A stretch of DNA of 64,000 bases, taken from positions 358,042 to 422,041 of the forward strand of contig JAAOMT010000379.1 in assembly GCA_016748015.1 (NCBI GenBank), read 5' to 3'. This document shows, in pieces, positions 14,501 through 27,830 of the stretch (position 1 is the first letter of the stretch; each line of letters starts with the position of its first letter). The notes under the pieces were generated by a model that was given only the letters and a program-made list of their open reading frames with translations, was not told where the DNA came from and made no database searches. The position numbers and the translations under genes are program-made. The DNA comes from Geosiphon pyriformis uo1 (taxonomy: Eukaryota; Fungi; Glomeromycota).

Positions 14501-15588
14501 ATCTGTTTTTAGGTTTTAAACAGGCAATTATTATGTGCAGATATCTGTCTTAAAGTTTGAAAAATTGCATAACCTAATTATTTCATTTGTGAATTAATAC
14601 AAATTAGGATAATAATTTGAACAAATTAAAGAATTAATGTGAAATTGAATGATGTTTTTTAATTTATAATGCTGCCAAATTAAACACAATAAAATATGGC
14701 AAGCTAAAAGGTTTTTTTATTCAATCAATAATTGGGGAACACATTGAAACAAAAAGTCAACTGATATTAATTTAAATGCAATTTTGGTACCTGAAGATTA
14801 TATTGACATCATTGCATGCTTATTTTTCTGTAGTTTTATCGATGATAATAAAAACTGTTTTTCACAAAACTTGTCTTAAAGCTCTACATAATGCTGTTTG
14901 AATACACATTTAAAAGCTGTTTTTATTCTCAATAATAGCAACTGAAGATTGAAGAAATTGCTAATGATCCTTTGAACTTGTCACGTCATATGAGTGACAT
15001 TATTATTGGTGAATTTTTAAGTTAAAGTAAGCTGTAATAGTTGTTTTTTTTTGCCATTGAATATTTAGATTACAAAGCGATACATCAATTGCAAATTTTT
15101 GTGCTCAAAATTCCATTGTCGAAAATTTTTAACAAATCTTTTTTACTCTTTAGTATTATATTTTTGACCAATCAAAAGTTAGAACATACGACTATATATG
15201 AGAATTTGGAAATGCAGAGATTTGGGCCTTGAAATAAAGTGCATTTATAGAATATAGAAAATGCACCCATGATGGGACTGAGTAGTGGGAATACATTTAA
15301 ATTTAGGCATTTGACGAGGTCTGACCATATTTATTTCGCGAACTTAACATTCGGGAATATTAAGAGCTCAAAAGCTACATTTTGAATTATGTGGCATTAC
15401 ATCAATTTAAATAATTAATTTTTGTCGAAAAATGAAAATGTAAAAATTCATAAATTTGTTTTGATCATTTGAAGATAAAAATTAAAAAACCGAGTCAATT
15501 TTACTATATTAACTAATCAATAAATTTTTAGTATAAGAGTTATCAGAATAAAAATTCTAAAATAAATTTAAAGTCAAGTTTTGATTTA

Positions 15589-16680
15589 CAGTCCCGGCCG
15601 AAAAAAATGGCACCAACGTGTTCGCAAAGTTTGTCGCGTTATTTTGCTCACTGCTGGTGTCGTACAATCTGCATTTCTAATAATTCTATCTACCCATTTT
15701 TTCACTTGCCTAATCCGTAAAATCAAATCGCGACGTACTTTTGGGGAAACAGTCACCACAATGCAACTGAAATCGCACTATTTGGGACGAGCTTTCAAAG
15801 CTTGGCTACACTGTCATTCTGTCTAAATGTGTCCCTCTTCTCACCGAAAGCGCCAAAGAGAGCCGCTTGCAATGGGGACGTTTTCATTGGCGTTACAGCT
15901 GGTGTAGGGTTGTATTCTCTGAGGAAACAACTTTTTAGATGTTCCTAAAGACTTTCTTAACATAGTCTCATGATAGTCAACCTATTATACCAATGTTAAA
16001 CCATCCCTTCAAGTTGCGTGTTTGGGTGGCGATCAGCAAACGTGGCAAGCTTGGTTTCCACATATTCACAGAGAATTTACATCGTCATATTTATCGTGAA
16101 ATATTGAATAACCACCTTTACGACAATGCACCGAGAAAACATGGACATCAATGGAGATTCTTGATTGGCCCCCACAATCTCCAGACCTCAATCCCATTAA
16201 ACACTTGTGGGATGAGGTTGATCGACGTCTTCGTCATCTACCTGAGCGAGTTCATATCAAGAAAGACTTGTGAGAAACATTTGGGATAATTGAAATCGAA
16301 TTTTCACGAAACTTATTTAATCCAAGCCCAATAAAATAGCAGATTTTATAAAGGTTAGAGGTGAGTACACAAGGTGGTAACGTAATAGAAGCATAAGACA
16401 ATCGTTTATCGTAACCATATCAGCACGAATATTTGTGAATGAGTAGAATAAATGCCATATTCATTACTATGTAACTTATTTAACGGTTCTAACGCTTACA
16501 AAAAAAGAAATTAATCACAGACCTGAAAGCCTGGTTTAAATTGATTGATATATGTACAGTAGGCACCAAAAGTAACATGTAAATCGGGCGTTACTTTTGG
16601 CGCTTACTGTGCAAAAATAGATTTTGAAGAAAGATTTATCTAAATTTCTCGGGTGATACAATCACTTTTGTGAGCCACTG
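15589..16680 (+). mobile_element. Degenerate Tc1/mariner (DD34E-type) transposon
   Basis: Frameshifted transposase at ~15830-16380: VPLLTESAKESRLQWG...VVFSEETTF, LRVWVAISKRG, DWPPQSPDLNPIKHLWDEV, KVRGEYTRW*. Bounded by TA|CAGT at 15589 and ACTG|TA at 16680, but the two ends match only loosely. Confidence 0.8.
16557..16609. mobile_element. 53-bp Tc1-type TIR-only mini-element (hairpin)
   Basis: CAGTAGGCACCAAAAGTAAC, a 13-nt spacer, then GTTACTTTTGGCGCTTACTG (18/20 inverted match). Flanked by TA and TG. Confidence 0.6.
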
Positions 16681-17552
16681 TACATGTGCAACATTTGAAA
16701 AGGTACACTTGCTGATTATTGGAAATACAAAGACAAGAATCCGGTTTTATGGTCTGTGCCCTTTCTATGGTATATTTAATCAACAACAGTCTGACATTAT
16801 GATTTGATAAAGGGAATGTGTGGAAAGTCAGGATTTTCCCAAGAGAATATGATATTTATTAACAGTAATAGAAATCTAAAGAATTTTCATTGCTTAAAAA
16901 ATCAAACAATTATTGAAATGATGGGAAAAAAGGATCTAAATCAAATTTGCTTACCCTCCCCCCCCCCCCCATAAGGGAATTTCCAAAACAGAAAATTTTC
17001 TTGACGAAAAAAACTAGCATTGAGTCCTTGATGAAGATTTTCTGTAAAGAATTCAGGATAAATAAATTCATTATTTATGTAAACAAACAAACCGGCTCTC
17101 TCTAACTGGCACCATAAGGAAAATGTATCCTTATCGATTCTTTTAATGTGTTTCGTGTGGACTAGTAAGATTGTGAATTCACTCTGAGCAAAATATTTAA
17201 CAGCAAAAACTATTGAAGTTATGTTATCCATTTTGTTTATTTGAATCTTATTTCGGTGAAAACTTTCAGTAATCGGTGAATTTCAATTTTCCGGAATTCG
17301 TACATGTATCGACAAATAGCTCATTCTGGTTTTCTTACCTACGTGCGTTCGATATCTTTTACCAACTTTAATATGTTTACTCTTATTAAGGAATTCATTG
17401 AAATCCAAATTAATTTACTAATAATAACTAACTCATATACAAAGTTTATTCAACAAAAATACTTACTCAAAAACAAGATACAAATTCAATTTCTTGAAAA
17501 AGTTCAAGATTTGAAGAATTATTTTTTTAAAAATTGAATTTGTATCTTTAAA

Positions 17553-19304
17553 ATGAAAAATTTACTTGGAACGATTTATATGGGTGGGTGGGAGGTTCAA
17601 TTTCTTTTGAAATGATGCTTGCCCATATTTGAAAAATTTTTATCTCACGCATAATTAAATTTTATCTGGCTGTGGAAATACTTACCAGGAACAACCGTGT
17701 ATATTCCTTACTTACTTTTATGGTAAGGAAAAAAGCCTCACATTTTTTTATTCTTTTTTAATCAGCTCAAAAAACTTTTACAATTATCACCACTTGTCGC
17801 CTACTTCAGGGCGATAGCACACATATGGCACACAAGTCGTCTAGACTCATTCTCATTATCCAGAATACGCCAACTTCGAACGCTGTTTACCTATTTATTT
17901 ATTTTTTCGCTAGCAGTTCAATTTACACACCGAGTACTTCAAACGAGTACAATATATTACCAGTCTTTATCATGTAATGCCTCGGAAACATTTTGTCTTC
18001 CTGCCAAACAAAATGAAGCTGAGATGGAAACGTCATTGTTTTTAGATTCTCAATCTTTGACTACTGCTGCTGATTATCTGGAAGTTTGTGGGATGAGCTT
18101 TATGATGTGAATTTTTTTTTGATATTTCTCGAACTCAAAGGGAAACTTTTTCCAAATGGTTTAATTCATCTTTTATTTTCTTATTTCTTTCTTAATTGTA
18201 GAATGAGTTTGTTTTTGGTACAAGCACATTGGAATGAAGTTGTTGAGCGAATTACCAAAGAAAGATTTATGGAAATTTGGGAATACAATGCTTATATTGC
18301 TGGATTCATTTTTGCTTTTCCCACGTAAGTTATAGGCTACATGAGGCATCATAGGCTGTGAGAATTGTAGAAAAAAATTCTGAATGCATCACGTTCATTA
18401 TCAATTATTATACAGGTTCCCAGCGTTAAGACTAATCCTATACTTTGATGACCTCCTCAAAAAAGTAATCCCACAACTTGTCTTTAGTGGATTATTATTC
18501 GTATTATTTTTACTAGGGATTCGACATCACTATCGAATTCGGAAAATATTCTCAGAGTCAACCTCATTAGGATTGACAAACGTCAAATGGAAACTTTCCT
18601 ATTTTCACGACATGAACTATATACTTTCAATTTCTGTGCTAATTTACTCCCTGAGTTGTTGTTCACTTGCCCTCGATGCTCTGTTCGATGGCAAACTTTT
18701 CAAAAGCCATGAAATAATCACACAAATAGTTGTCACCCATTTGAATTATAGTTCTTTGGTTGGATATGTGATTAGTCTGCTTATCTTTCATCCGTCACTT
18801 TCGTTACTCTCGGCAACAAAAGCATTTATTGCAACTCCTGCCTCACCAAGTCCAGTACATACAATCGATATCCCAACCTTTAAGATGGTCGCTGCTAAAC
18901 CGAAAAAAGACGCTTCTCTACCAAGCAATAGTAGCATTTCACTATTGCCACCGGCGTATACCAACAAATACGAAGGCTCAATAGGAAAAAGTGATACTGG
19001 GGATGAAAAAGTTGAAAATTTTAAATTTAAAGAATCAACTGCTAACCTGAGGCCAAAAGGATCAAAAGAGTCTCTTGTACCAACCAATATCAAAGGAATT
19101 AATTCTTATGAATCATTAAAGCCACAGTATTCATGGGCTGACACATGGCGATTGAAGTCGCCGAATTCACATAAGGAGAACGTTATCATAACTTTCAATG
19201 ATTCGTTACCAGATCAAATATCTTTTAATGACAATGAAAGTACAATCTCTTCGGAGGTTGGTATTGCTATAACTACCGATGATGATGATGATCGGAATAT
19301 GTGA
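17553..19304 (+). CDS. Multi-exon, multi-pass membrane protein of unknown function with Ser-rich cytoplasmic tail; start uncertain
   Basis: Long terminal exon (within ORF 18384-19304) with about 3 hydrophobic helices and a low-complexity tail. Upstream exons MSLFLVQAHWNEVV...FIFAFPT|GTAAG and SCNASETFCLP...DYLEV. GT-AG introns and normal coding composition. Confidence 0.7.
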
Positions 19305-19661
19305 TTATGACTTTATTAGAAAATTTTCCTTGGGGTTTAAGATTTAATTGTATTTATATCGTTCAATGCTCAATTAATTTTAGCTTTTAATTTTCATTCT
19401 CATAGACAAGAATTGCTAGCAAGTTCTACAAAGAAAAGTGAATCATTTTATATAATATGTCATGGCTATTTTTGAGACATTTGTCATTTTTTAACACATT
19501 ATATTTTCGCCTTTGGATTTCAAAATCGAATGTGTCCTTAGAAAAATTTGTGAGATATCAAGTTCCAATAACCGATAAGTACATTGGTTTTTTCTGAAAA
19601 GATTAAACAAGATTCTGGAAAGGGGACATTTTATATTAATAGTTTTGTTGATTTTCTGTTT

Positions 19662-21130
19662 CTATTTCAATGGGTAATATGTAGGGTTAGCTTTCGGATT
19701 GGAATAGTAACCATAGTGTTGAAAATATTTGTTCTGAAGAGCCAAAAATAGTCTTTATCTTTATATGTATTTGAATTTTGTAACCGATTTTTAGCATCTC
19801 AAACCCTTGCTCTTATAACACCAACAAGCTTTCTAAAATTAATCTCATTCAAATACCAATTTGCAATTTAATAATTCACATTTAAATACCTGTACGAAGC
19901 ATTCAACCGATCAATCGAATCGATCAATTGTAGCAGAGTACCTTTTTGAAACTTCACATAGCGAAACTCGACTACTGTCCCTGCATCACCCCCACTGATT
20001 ATCCCTTCTTTCCCATAAATCTCGTCTCTACCTCTAATTTGTGCCGTAGTATAGGCAACAAATATTCCTAAAGCAACTTTGATTTCTTGTAATTGTGGTT
20101 CGTAGCATTCTACCAGATGATGGTCAGACTTGGGGAGGATTTCATTTGATTGTTTTTGATCTCTTGATATTTTTTGCCAGTGGAGGTGAGTATTGTGAAG
20201 TATTGTATCATCAAAAGCCATAGATTCAAATTCAATATCAACTGATGATTTTCTCGGAGGCCCAGGAAAAAAAATAGGAATACACGTATTAATGCTCCAA
20301 CCGATTGGAAGATATTCCTCGTCAATTTTTGTGATTTCAATTTTTATTTCGCAGCTGTTTGTTGCTGTCGTATTAATGAAATGGGTTGAGGAGGAATCTT
20401 GTTGAATTCTTTCTGTTGTGCTTCCTGTGTTGTTTGACCATGGTTTTGTATGTGGAGATGAGATTAAATGGGAGCTTGAGATTTGAAAAACGTAAGAGTC
20501 TGGAAGAAATGGCGCAAATATTGTTGATAGCGTGGTTTCGAGCATAATTGGGTTTGTTTGATATAATAAAGGCGAAGGTGAAAGTGAGGAATCAGAGATT
20601 GATAACTGTGGAAATAATCAAAAAGAGGAACATGAGTGATTGAATAAAATTAGAAATTGAACAAAGAATTAAGCATAAAAGGCCGAGATTTCCAGGCTTG
20701 AAATAAATGATCTTTAATATAAGTTTATAAGAAAAAAGTTTGCCCATGTAACAAGCTCAAAATTATGTATGAAATTACCGCAAATTCCAAATCGTTGCTA
20801 AACCTCCAACATAAATCAGCTTGAAGAATTTTAGGGATCAAAGAGTTCCAAAGAGTACAAGTTTTTTGTAAATTTGTCATGTATTTGTAGCTGTTTGACC
20901 CGTTTTTATTGGAGAAAGGAATTTTGAAAGGATAAGTCAGTGAAATTTTACGATCGAAATATTGAGAGATTCATTGTAAGTTCTAGTCGCAAAAGTTTTA
21001 ATACATGATTATGGCTTATTTTCTTTTAATGGCTCTAAAATACGACTCCCAAAAAAGGATGGACGTACTTGGTCCCATGAACAACATTTTTTATTATCTG
21101 TATCACTATTTCATCTGGTATATCAATCAT
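19662..21130 (-). CDS. Probable F-box-domain protein (multi-exon)
   Basis: N-terminal MIDIPDEIVIQIIKNV and later MTNLQKTCTLWNSLI resemble the two halves of an F-box. Large exon in ORF 19868-20545. Putative last exon RLFLALQNKYF...YYPLK* ends at 19662. The 5' exon phases are not fully resolved. Confidence 0.5.
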
Positions 21131-22069
21131 TTTCGTCTTTGGAGTAGAAAACAAAATAATTAGGCAAGAATGGTTGCTTGCATCACTGAATATCGATCAG
21201 TTATTTATACCCAAAATTGAAGATGTTCACAGAAGTGTGTGACCAGACAGGTGAACTTGATCTTGAACTTTGGGATTTGGATAAGAAATGATCTAAAGTT
21301 CCCACTTTCTTTTTTAGGGTAGAAGGTTGGAAACAGACTGATTAAAATTTTTAGGAAAAACTTTGAGTATAAATTCTTTTCTGTTGTCATTTGAAGATTA
21401 GAAAATCAAGATTTGGCTGAATCAAATCATATGCGAATAACCAATCTTCACTACAACTCTAATTTAAATATTAATATATTTTTGTTAATTAAACTTAGTT
21501 TTCAATGTTAAATCCAAAAATGTTTGTGATCTTGCATAAAGCTGATTCAGAAAATGATATTTTTGTTCTTTCGTTTATACCCCGAGCGTGATCCCAATGT
21601 TGAATTAGTTTTTCAGAACATGTACAACATTTCATGTTTTTAATAATAGGGCGATCAGATAAGAAAAAAATGTGATAGGTTTAATATTATATTTGTTGCT
21701 TATACCAAAAATAATTATCAATATGTCTCTAAGTGTTTGAAATAAAGGATGGAACACTCAGTAGTCTATTAACCCGTTCTTTTGGAAAAAAATTATTTTA
21801 GGTGTATAAACGAATTATATTGGCCTTTTTAATCCTACCACCCAATTAAGTTTGATGGTGCAACATTCAGTAATTTTGAAAAACCAAGTATACGATATAT
21901 GCTTTCAAACCGACGGAAAAATCTATATTTTTTTTAATCGAGAAATATTTCATAGGCAAATTCAAATAAATTCAGCTCTCACAAAATAAATTTAATTTGA
22001 ATCAAAACTTGACATATTATTTTTTTTTTCTTAATTTAAATAATTTTTTAATATTAATTAAACATAACA

Positions 22070-22480
22070 TGTTAATAAAATGCAAGAAAAAACAGTATTA
22101 TATAACAATGAAAATAATTAAAAGAATAATTCAACTTAATAAATAAATTAAATAAGTAAAGATTTAATATATAAGATTAATCTTACAAATATCTCAATTA
22201 CTATTCTTTTTAAAAAGTAAAAAGAGAATTTGAAAATAGAAAGACAGTCTGTACTATTAACAAAAAACTACATACTGGTATAATTTTATGCTTTATATTA
22301 ATGTTTTAAAAATTTAATATACTTTATAAAAACTAACAATATATATATTAAGAAAAAAGGGGAAAAAAATAAAGAGTTAATATTATTGTATTGATTTTAT
22401 ATGAAATTCTAGTTTGTTTTAAATTGATCATAAAGCTTTAAAATATTTTATTTATATACTTTCAAAAAAAAAAAAAAATA
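22070..22480. repeat. Partial copy of the dispersed LTR-like repeat
   Basis: Aligns by eye with 31896-32335 and 41176-41585 (CAGTATTATATA...AATTCAACTT...CTATTCTTTTT...GGTATAATTTTATG...TATATACTTTCA). Confidence 0.6.
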
Positions 22481-22604
22481 GAATTAGTATTCTGTTAATA
22501 GTTATAATTAATGGTTTAAGGTGAGATTTCAAAATCATTATGTAATTTGCATCTGGTTTTGAATTGAAAGCAAAAAATAAGTTTTCTAATAATAATACAA
22601 AAGA

Positions 22605-23935
22605 TTTTTTTTTTCATGTTTTAACGAAGTGTAGCCCAATCGCTAACTGTAAGATAAAATAGAAGAATTTTAAGAAGCCGCGATTCACGTGTTTGACTAC
22701 ATGTGACTAGTCACCCGACCCAGCCAAGGCTACTAACCCATCATAAGAAAAACAGTGATCTGCGAAATAGAAAAAAACTTTTTGTAGGTAACCTAACATG
22801 TAAAGACCCAAACCAGGGAGGCGAAAACCATGGGACTTGATGATAGCAACCTCATCCCTACTACCAATCAAGACACCTATAGGCAGGGTACCATTTTTTT
22901 CACACTCAACATGTAAACTAGCTGGGCAACAAAACCAACTCATGGTGCTGAACAGCTAGCGAACGGACAAAATTTATGATCCTTGAGCTGCCGGCTGACA
23001 CAGAACCAAAGGCTTAATTCAATTACCAGACCCTTCATTAAAGCAGTATACAAACCGCCAGCTCCAGAATAGTCAAAAAGTCCATTGTGGGATGCCAAAT
23101 CACTCAGATCCTGCAAAATTATGGAATTTCTGATTGAAAAATAAGATCATTTACACCACAAGTCAGCGAAAGAAATCACCTCCTTCCATAATAATACATC
23201 ACTAGCACATACGAATGTATGATCTGAAGACTCACAGTCCCCATATTTAATGCAGGCAACACTAGCATAATTTGCATTATATCGGCACTTGTGCTTGGCA
23301 ACCACCAAATGACCATGAAGCCCTTTTATGAAGTACGTTCTAAGGCCAGTGGTTTTGGCACTGGTATGACCAGAACCAAAATGCCAGTCAGGATGCCAAA
23401 CAGCTACAGTTCTATCCCAATCAATGTCATTAACTAGATCCTCATTAAAAAAATTTTTAACAAACCTCAACTTCCATTTGGCACAACTAGAAGCATCACA
23501 TAACCCGTGGATGAAGTGTTTGACATTGCTGAAGATTGCCACACTGACATATCTATGAAAGAAGCTATCAGGAATACCAGAAGACAAAACATGGATCGAA
23601 GAGCAGGCTTCACCAGCCAAAAGATCTGCCATCACATTACTTATTACACCAGAATGTTCTTTGACCTTGTCCAACCAACATTCAGCTCATTGCTGGCAAT
23701 AGTGATGTCAATTCTTTTCTTCTCGATCCAGCATTTATTTTTAAAATGAGGCAGAACCAAACTGCCAGACTGGCACATGGAGATTACAGCAGAGCTATCA
23801 GTGTGAACAATACACGAATGCCATAGCAGGACACATTCAAGGGCCAAAGCAATTGCCATGAGCTCCAACACCCATATCTTAATCAATATCTTTAAAATAG
23901 GCAGCTGCATCACCAGCCACAGACGCGAAACCATG
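22605..23935 (-). mobile_element. 5'-truncated LINE (copy E): RNase H, C-terminal Cys/His region, 3' UTR, poly(A)
   Basis: ELMAIALALEC...HTDSS, KVKEHSGVISNVMAD, WHPDWH, CIKYG...SDHTFVC. The family 3' UTR motif is at 22620-22730 and a T-run at 22605-22614. Confidence 0.9.
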
Positions 23936-24358
23936 AGTTATTATTAAGATATATTTTTTTGAACTTGAGGATAAAAGTAAAAGTAGATATAAACTGTTAT
24001 TCTAAAATCAAATATTAAAATAAAGATAAAATTTTTTTTTAAGCTAAAACTACTATATATATATATACATTTTCAATTTCTTAAAATAGCTTCTAAAAAC
24101 TTATTATTTTGCTATTACTAATTATAATCTATTATTTCATGCTATTTTGTGTTATTATATATTATTTATATTATTACTAGCCATTTGGTATTATCTCGTA
24201 TTATCATATATTATTTTGCGTTATTCTCTATTTATTATATGTTTATCATGTTTTTTTGTAATTGGTTGGTTTTTTTATTCAGATAATAGTAAATATAGTC
24301 TTCTTGGTATCTGAAGGTTTTTTATTAGTAAATCCCAGTTTATAATAATAATCTTGTA

Positions 24359-24963
24359 CAGAGGGTGTCCAAAAGTTTCCGAACAAACTTTGGAGTAACA
24401 TTCCACATGCTTGAATAATTAGAAAAGCACGGGTTTATTACTAAATTAAGTTAGTTAATTATTTAATTACGCGTTTTTTATTTTTTAAACACGCGTGTAT
24501 AATGTTTTTTCGCGACGCGCATAATCGATTTTATTCATACTCGTTTTTTTATAAAAATGAAATGTAACGCGCATATAAGATTTTTTCGTCGTTTTATTAA
24601 AACGAAATGGGAGCAAAAAAAGAATTAACGATTGATCAACGTAATACTATATGCTTATTACAACAGCATGGCAAGAAATATCGTGATATTGCCAACATAG
24701 TCAATTGCAGCTTGACAACAGTTTCGGATACAATAAAACGATTTAAAGAAACTGGTTCAATTGATTCAAGACCTCGTTCAGGACGTCCACCTTTATTTAC
24801 TCACCAAAAATATCGCCGACTTAAACGTTTAGTAACACTTAATAGAAAAATTTAGAAAATTACTATAAAATTATAAATATGTTGTTTATTTTGTTTTATT
24901 TTATAAAAAAATAAATATTATTGTTAAATAAAATCTTGTTCGGAAACTTTTGGACACCCTCTG
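24359..24963 (+). mobile_element. Young, internally deleted Tc1/mariner element (605 bp)
   Basis: Perfect 28-bp TIRs CAGAGGGTGTCCAAAAGTTTCCGAACAA (24359-24386 and 24936-24963), with TA on both sides. Confidence 0.95.
24607..24855 (+). CDS. Truncated Tc1 transposase: N-terminal HTH plus GRPP linker only (82 aa)
   Basis: MGAKKELTIDQRNTI...YRDIANIVNCSLTTVSDTIKRFKETGSIDSRPRSGRPP. No DDE domain. Confidence 0.8.
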   Translation: MGAKKELTIDQRNTICLLQQHGKKYRDIANIVNCSLTTVSDTIKRFKETGSIDSRPRSGRPPLFTHQKYRRLKRLVTLNRKI

Positions 24964-25244
24964 TAAATCTAAAAATCTAAAGATTGGTTTTATGAGTTTT
25001 ATTAACTTTTAACACAAATGATATAATTTTTTATAAGTAACATGAATTCTGTTTATAGTTACATCTGTTGTTTTTGTTGAAATTTTTGATAATAGCTTTT
25101 TGTTATGTATGACTAATAAAAAAATTTTCTAATATTTATTAAACTTCTGATTGCGTTTTTTTTTGTGACTTTCAGATATTCTTTTTAATATTGCACTAAA
25201 ATCTTAAATATCTGAATAATTATCTTTACTTGTAGTGTAAGCAA

Positions 25245-27830
25245 TAAGTTTTTTAAATATAACATTCTTATTCAAAGCAGTATAAATAATATTATTAACA
25301 CACATATAAAAAAAACAGTCGCAAAACACAAGAATAACACATCTAAACCCAAAAGAGAACTCTATAAAATTATATACAACTTGATCAACTTTTTACAAAC
25401 AAAAAAATCCAATTACATGTGAAAAAATTCTATCTCTTTACAATAAAAGCACAAAATACTGGAATATATCTTGTTATATAAGCATTTATAAATAGTAACA
25501 GACAAGTAATAATATAAAGTCTTTATAAAATATGAATATAGACTAGTGAATTTTTTATTAATAAAACCAAAGACCATATAAAAATCAGAGTACTAAACCA
25601 AAATAACTCAATTTCAGTTAATATTTTTAATAATATTAATATTTACAATACCAAAACCAAGCCCAATTTTTTATTGAGTATAACAAACAGCTTTAAACAC
25701 ATTATAAACAAAAATACTAAGTATTTTCAAATACTATTATACTACTAGCTTTGATATACTTCTTATATACATAAATAAAAAGCACTAAATCCAAAAAAAG
25801 AAGCATAAGCAGTCAGTTTGTTAGCACATTTATTATTTAAGACACCTAAATAGCTTTTAATCTTAGATCAAATAACATTAAAATCTTTATTCATAATAAA
25901 ATTCATAATACTATATCTTTTAAGTCAACAACAGTTGTGAAAATTCAGCAAAGCCAGATTCAATTTAGTTAAACAAGCATCTTAAATTATTACATATACT
26001 ATTACAATACTAAAAACAGAAAGAAATTCAAGAGCCAAAGCAATTACAGACAATTCTACCAATGTAAATAAAATTATATTACCAATTTTAACATTTACAT
26101 CTAAATTTAAATCAACAAAAAACGCTATTACACTATATTTTACTTAAGGCATATTCAGATTTTTTAAAAATCTATCCATATAAACATTAATAACATTTAA
26201 ATTAGTATTAGAAAAATGCTTTTTAACTACAAAAAAGTTATTAGAATCATACTGGTTTATTCAACAAAAAACATTACTATTCAAAAATTTAAATGCCAAC
26301 TTGAATTAATCAGAAACTAAATCTTTAGGATCGAGCTTTTTCTAATAATAAAAACTTTTTCAATCAAAAATTTACCTTTTTTTAATATAAAGCTGTTTAA
26401 TAAAAGCAATATTAAGCTTTTTAAGAAAATAAAAAACACTATAAAAGACTAAATCTCCCAAAATAAGTGTTATTAGAGTGTTATTAGAACAACAAAAAGC
26501 AGAAAATAACAAATTTGCAAGAAAAATATCATAATTTAAAAAAATATTTATTATGTTAACCAAACTAACTCTTAATTTTATAGAATACAGCAAAAAATGT
26601 TTGGAAAACTAACTTAACATCTGTAAATCTAACAATCTGTAATTAAATAAATAACCAAAAACATTTTTAACATTTAAAATTCATTATAACAACCATTTTA
26701 TTTACTATTTAAACTTGCTTAAAAGTTTTCAAATTATATAAACATAGATAGTAAACAGTTTTACTAGAAAATATTTTTGATAAATTAGCTTTTACTTTAA
26801 ATTTTTTTAATTAACATATTTTATTTGTTGAATATATTTTTAAAAAAAAACTAAACTGAATCTTATAATTAACAATAGACTATAATATAGTTGAAACCAA
26901 ATAAAAAAATTATTTGTTTTCTTTAAAATCATATTAACAAAAAACTTAATATTTAAATAAGCTTTAACCAGACTAGATTTAGACAGAACTTTTAAAAAAA
27001 AAAATTTAAATACTTATGAGACTTTTTTTTCTGTATAATAAAAATTGATAAACTACTTATTAATAAAGAAGTTTCTTTAATTTTCTGATTAATAGGAATA
27101 GTTACTGTTTTTTTATTGTTAATTGAAATATTATTGAGTTTAAAAAACCCACTTACTATATCTATATATTGTATAGCAGCTTAATTATATTTTATTTAAA
27201 TAGTGTAGTTAATAAAAATATTAGCCACTAAATAAGAAGTTAATTCAGCTTGGTTCTTAATTTTATCAATTTGGACTACAAATTTAGTATTAATATAATA
27301 ATCATACAAGCTTTTATTTTTTTTTACTTGTATAATAGAGAATCATAAAAAATTCTTTAAAACAATAAGAAAAAAACCTTGCTCTGATCCAGATTATTAT
27401 GTATTTAATATCTATCAATCAATCTAAAATCTGTTATAACTTAATTGATTCTGTTATTGTAAATACCATTAAAGAATTTTATAAACTGTTTGCACATTTT
27501 ACATAAACTAAACTATTTTTTAAATAATATTAGCCAACAAAATCATATATTTTTCACATATCTTATAAAACTAGCCAAAGTTCACGATTTTTTTCTAAAA
27601 CATTTTTTATTATCGAGTTTATTGCAAAGATTAAAGACTGTATAATAGTATCTTTTAGAACAAAAAAATTGTTGTCATAAAAAATATCAAATTTACTACA
27701 GATTGAGAAAATTTTGTCTAAAAGATCTTGAAAATTTTTTTTTAAATAGTTTCAATTAAGCCAATAGATCTGGTATTAGTTAAGACTCTTTTCTATTCAT
27801 ATAATTTGGAAATTATAGAAATCTAATAAT
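25245..27830 (-). mobile_element. Strongly AT-eroded LINE fragment (copy F): RT to C-terminal region
   Basis: The minus strand retains collinear relics: VLTNTRSIG (~27775), WLVL*DM (~27565), NLDQSKVFFLLF*RIFYDS (~27370), LNNISINNKKTVTIPI (~27115), KKLDPK (~26335), LVELSVIALAL (~26050), YSSILCFYCKEIE (~25445). Confidence 0.8.

Noticed and set aside
16700-17231. 96-aa minus-strand ORF with a GTAAGC donor next to a C13 run
   Set aside because: No recognisable domain and no clean in-frame continuation; could be a gene broken by a homopolymer error.
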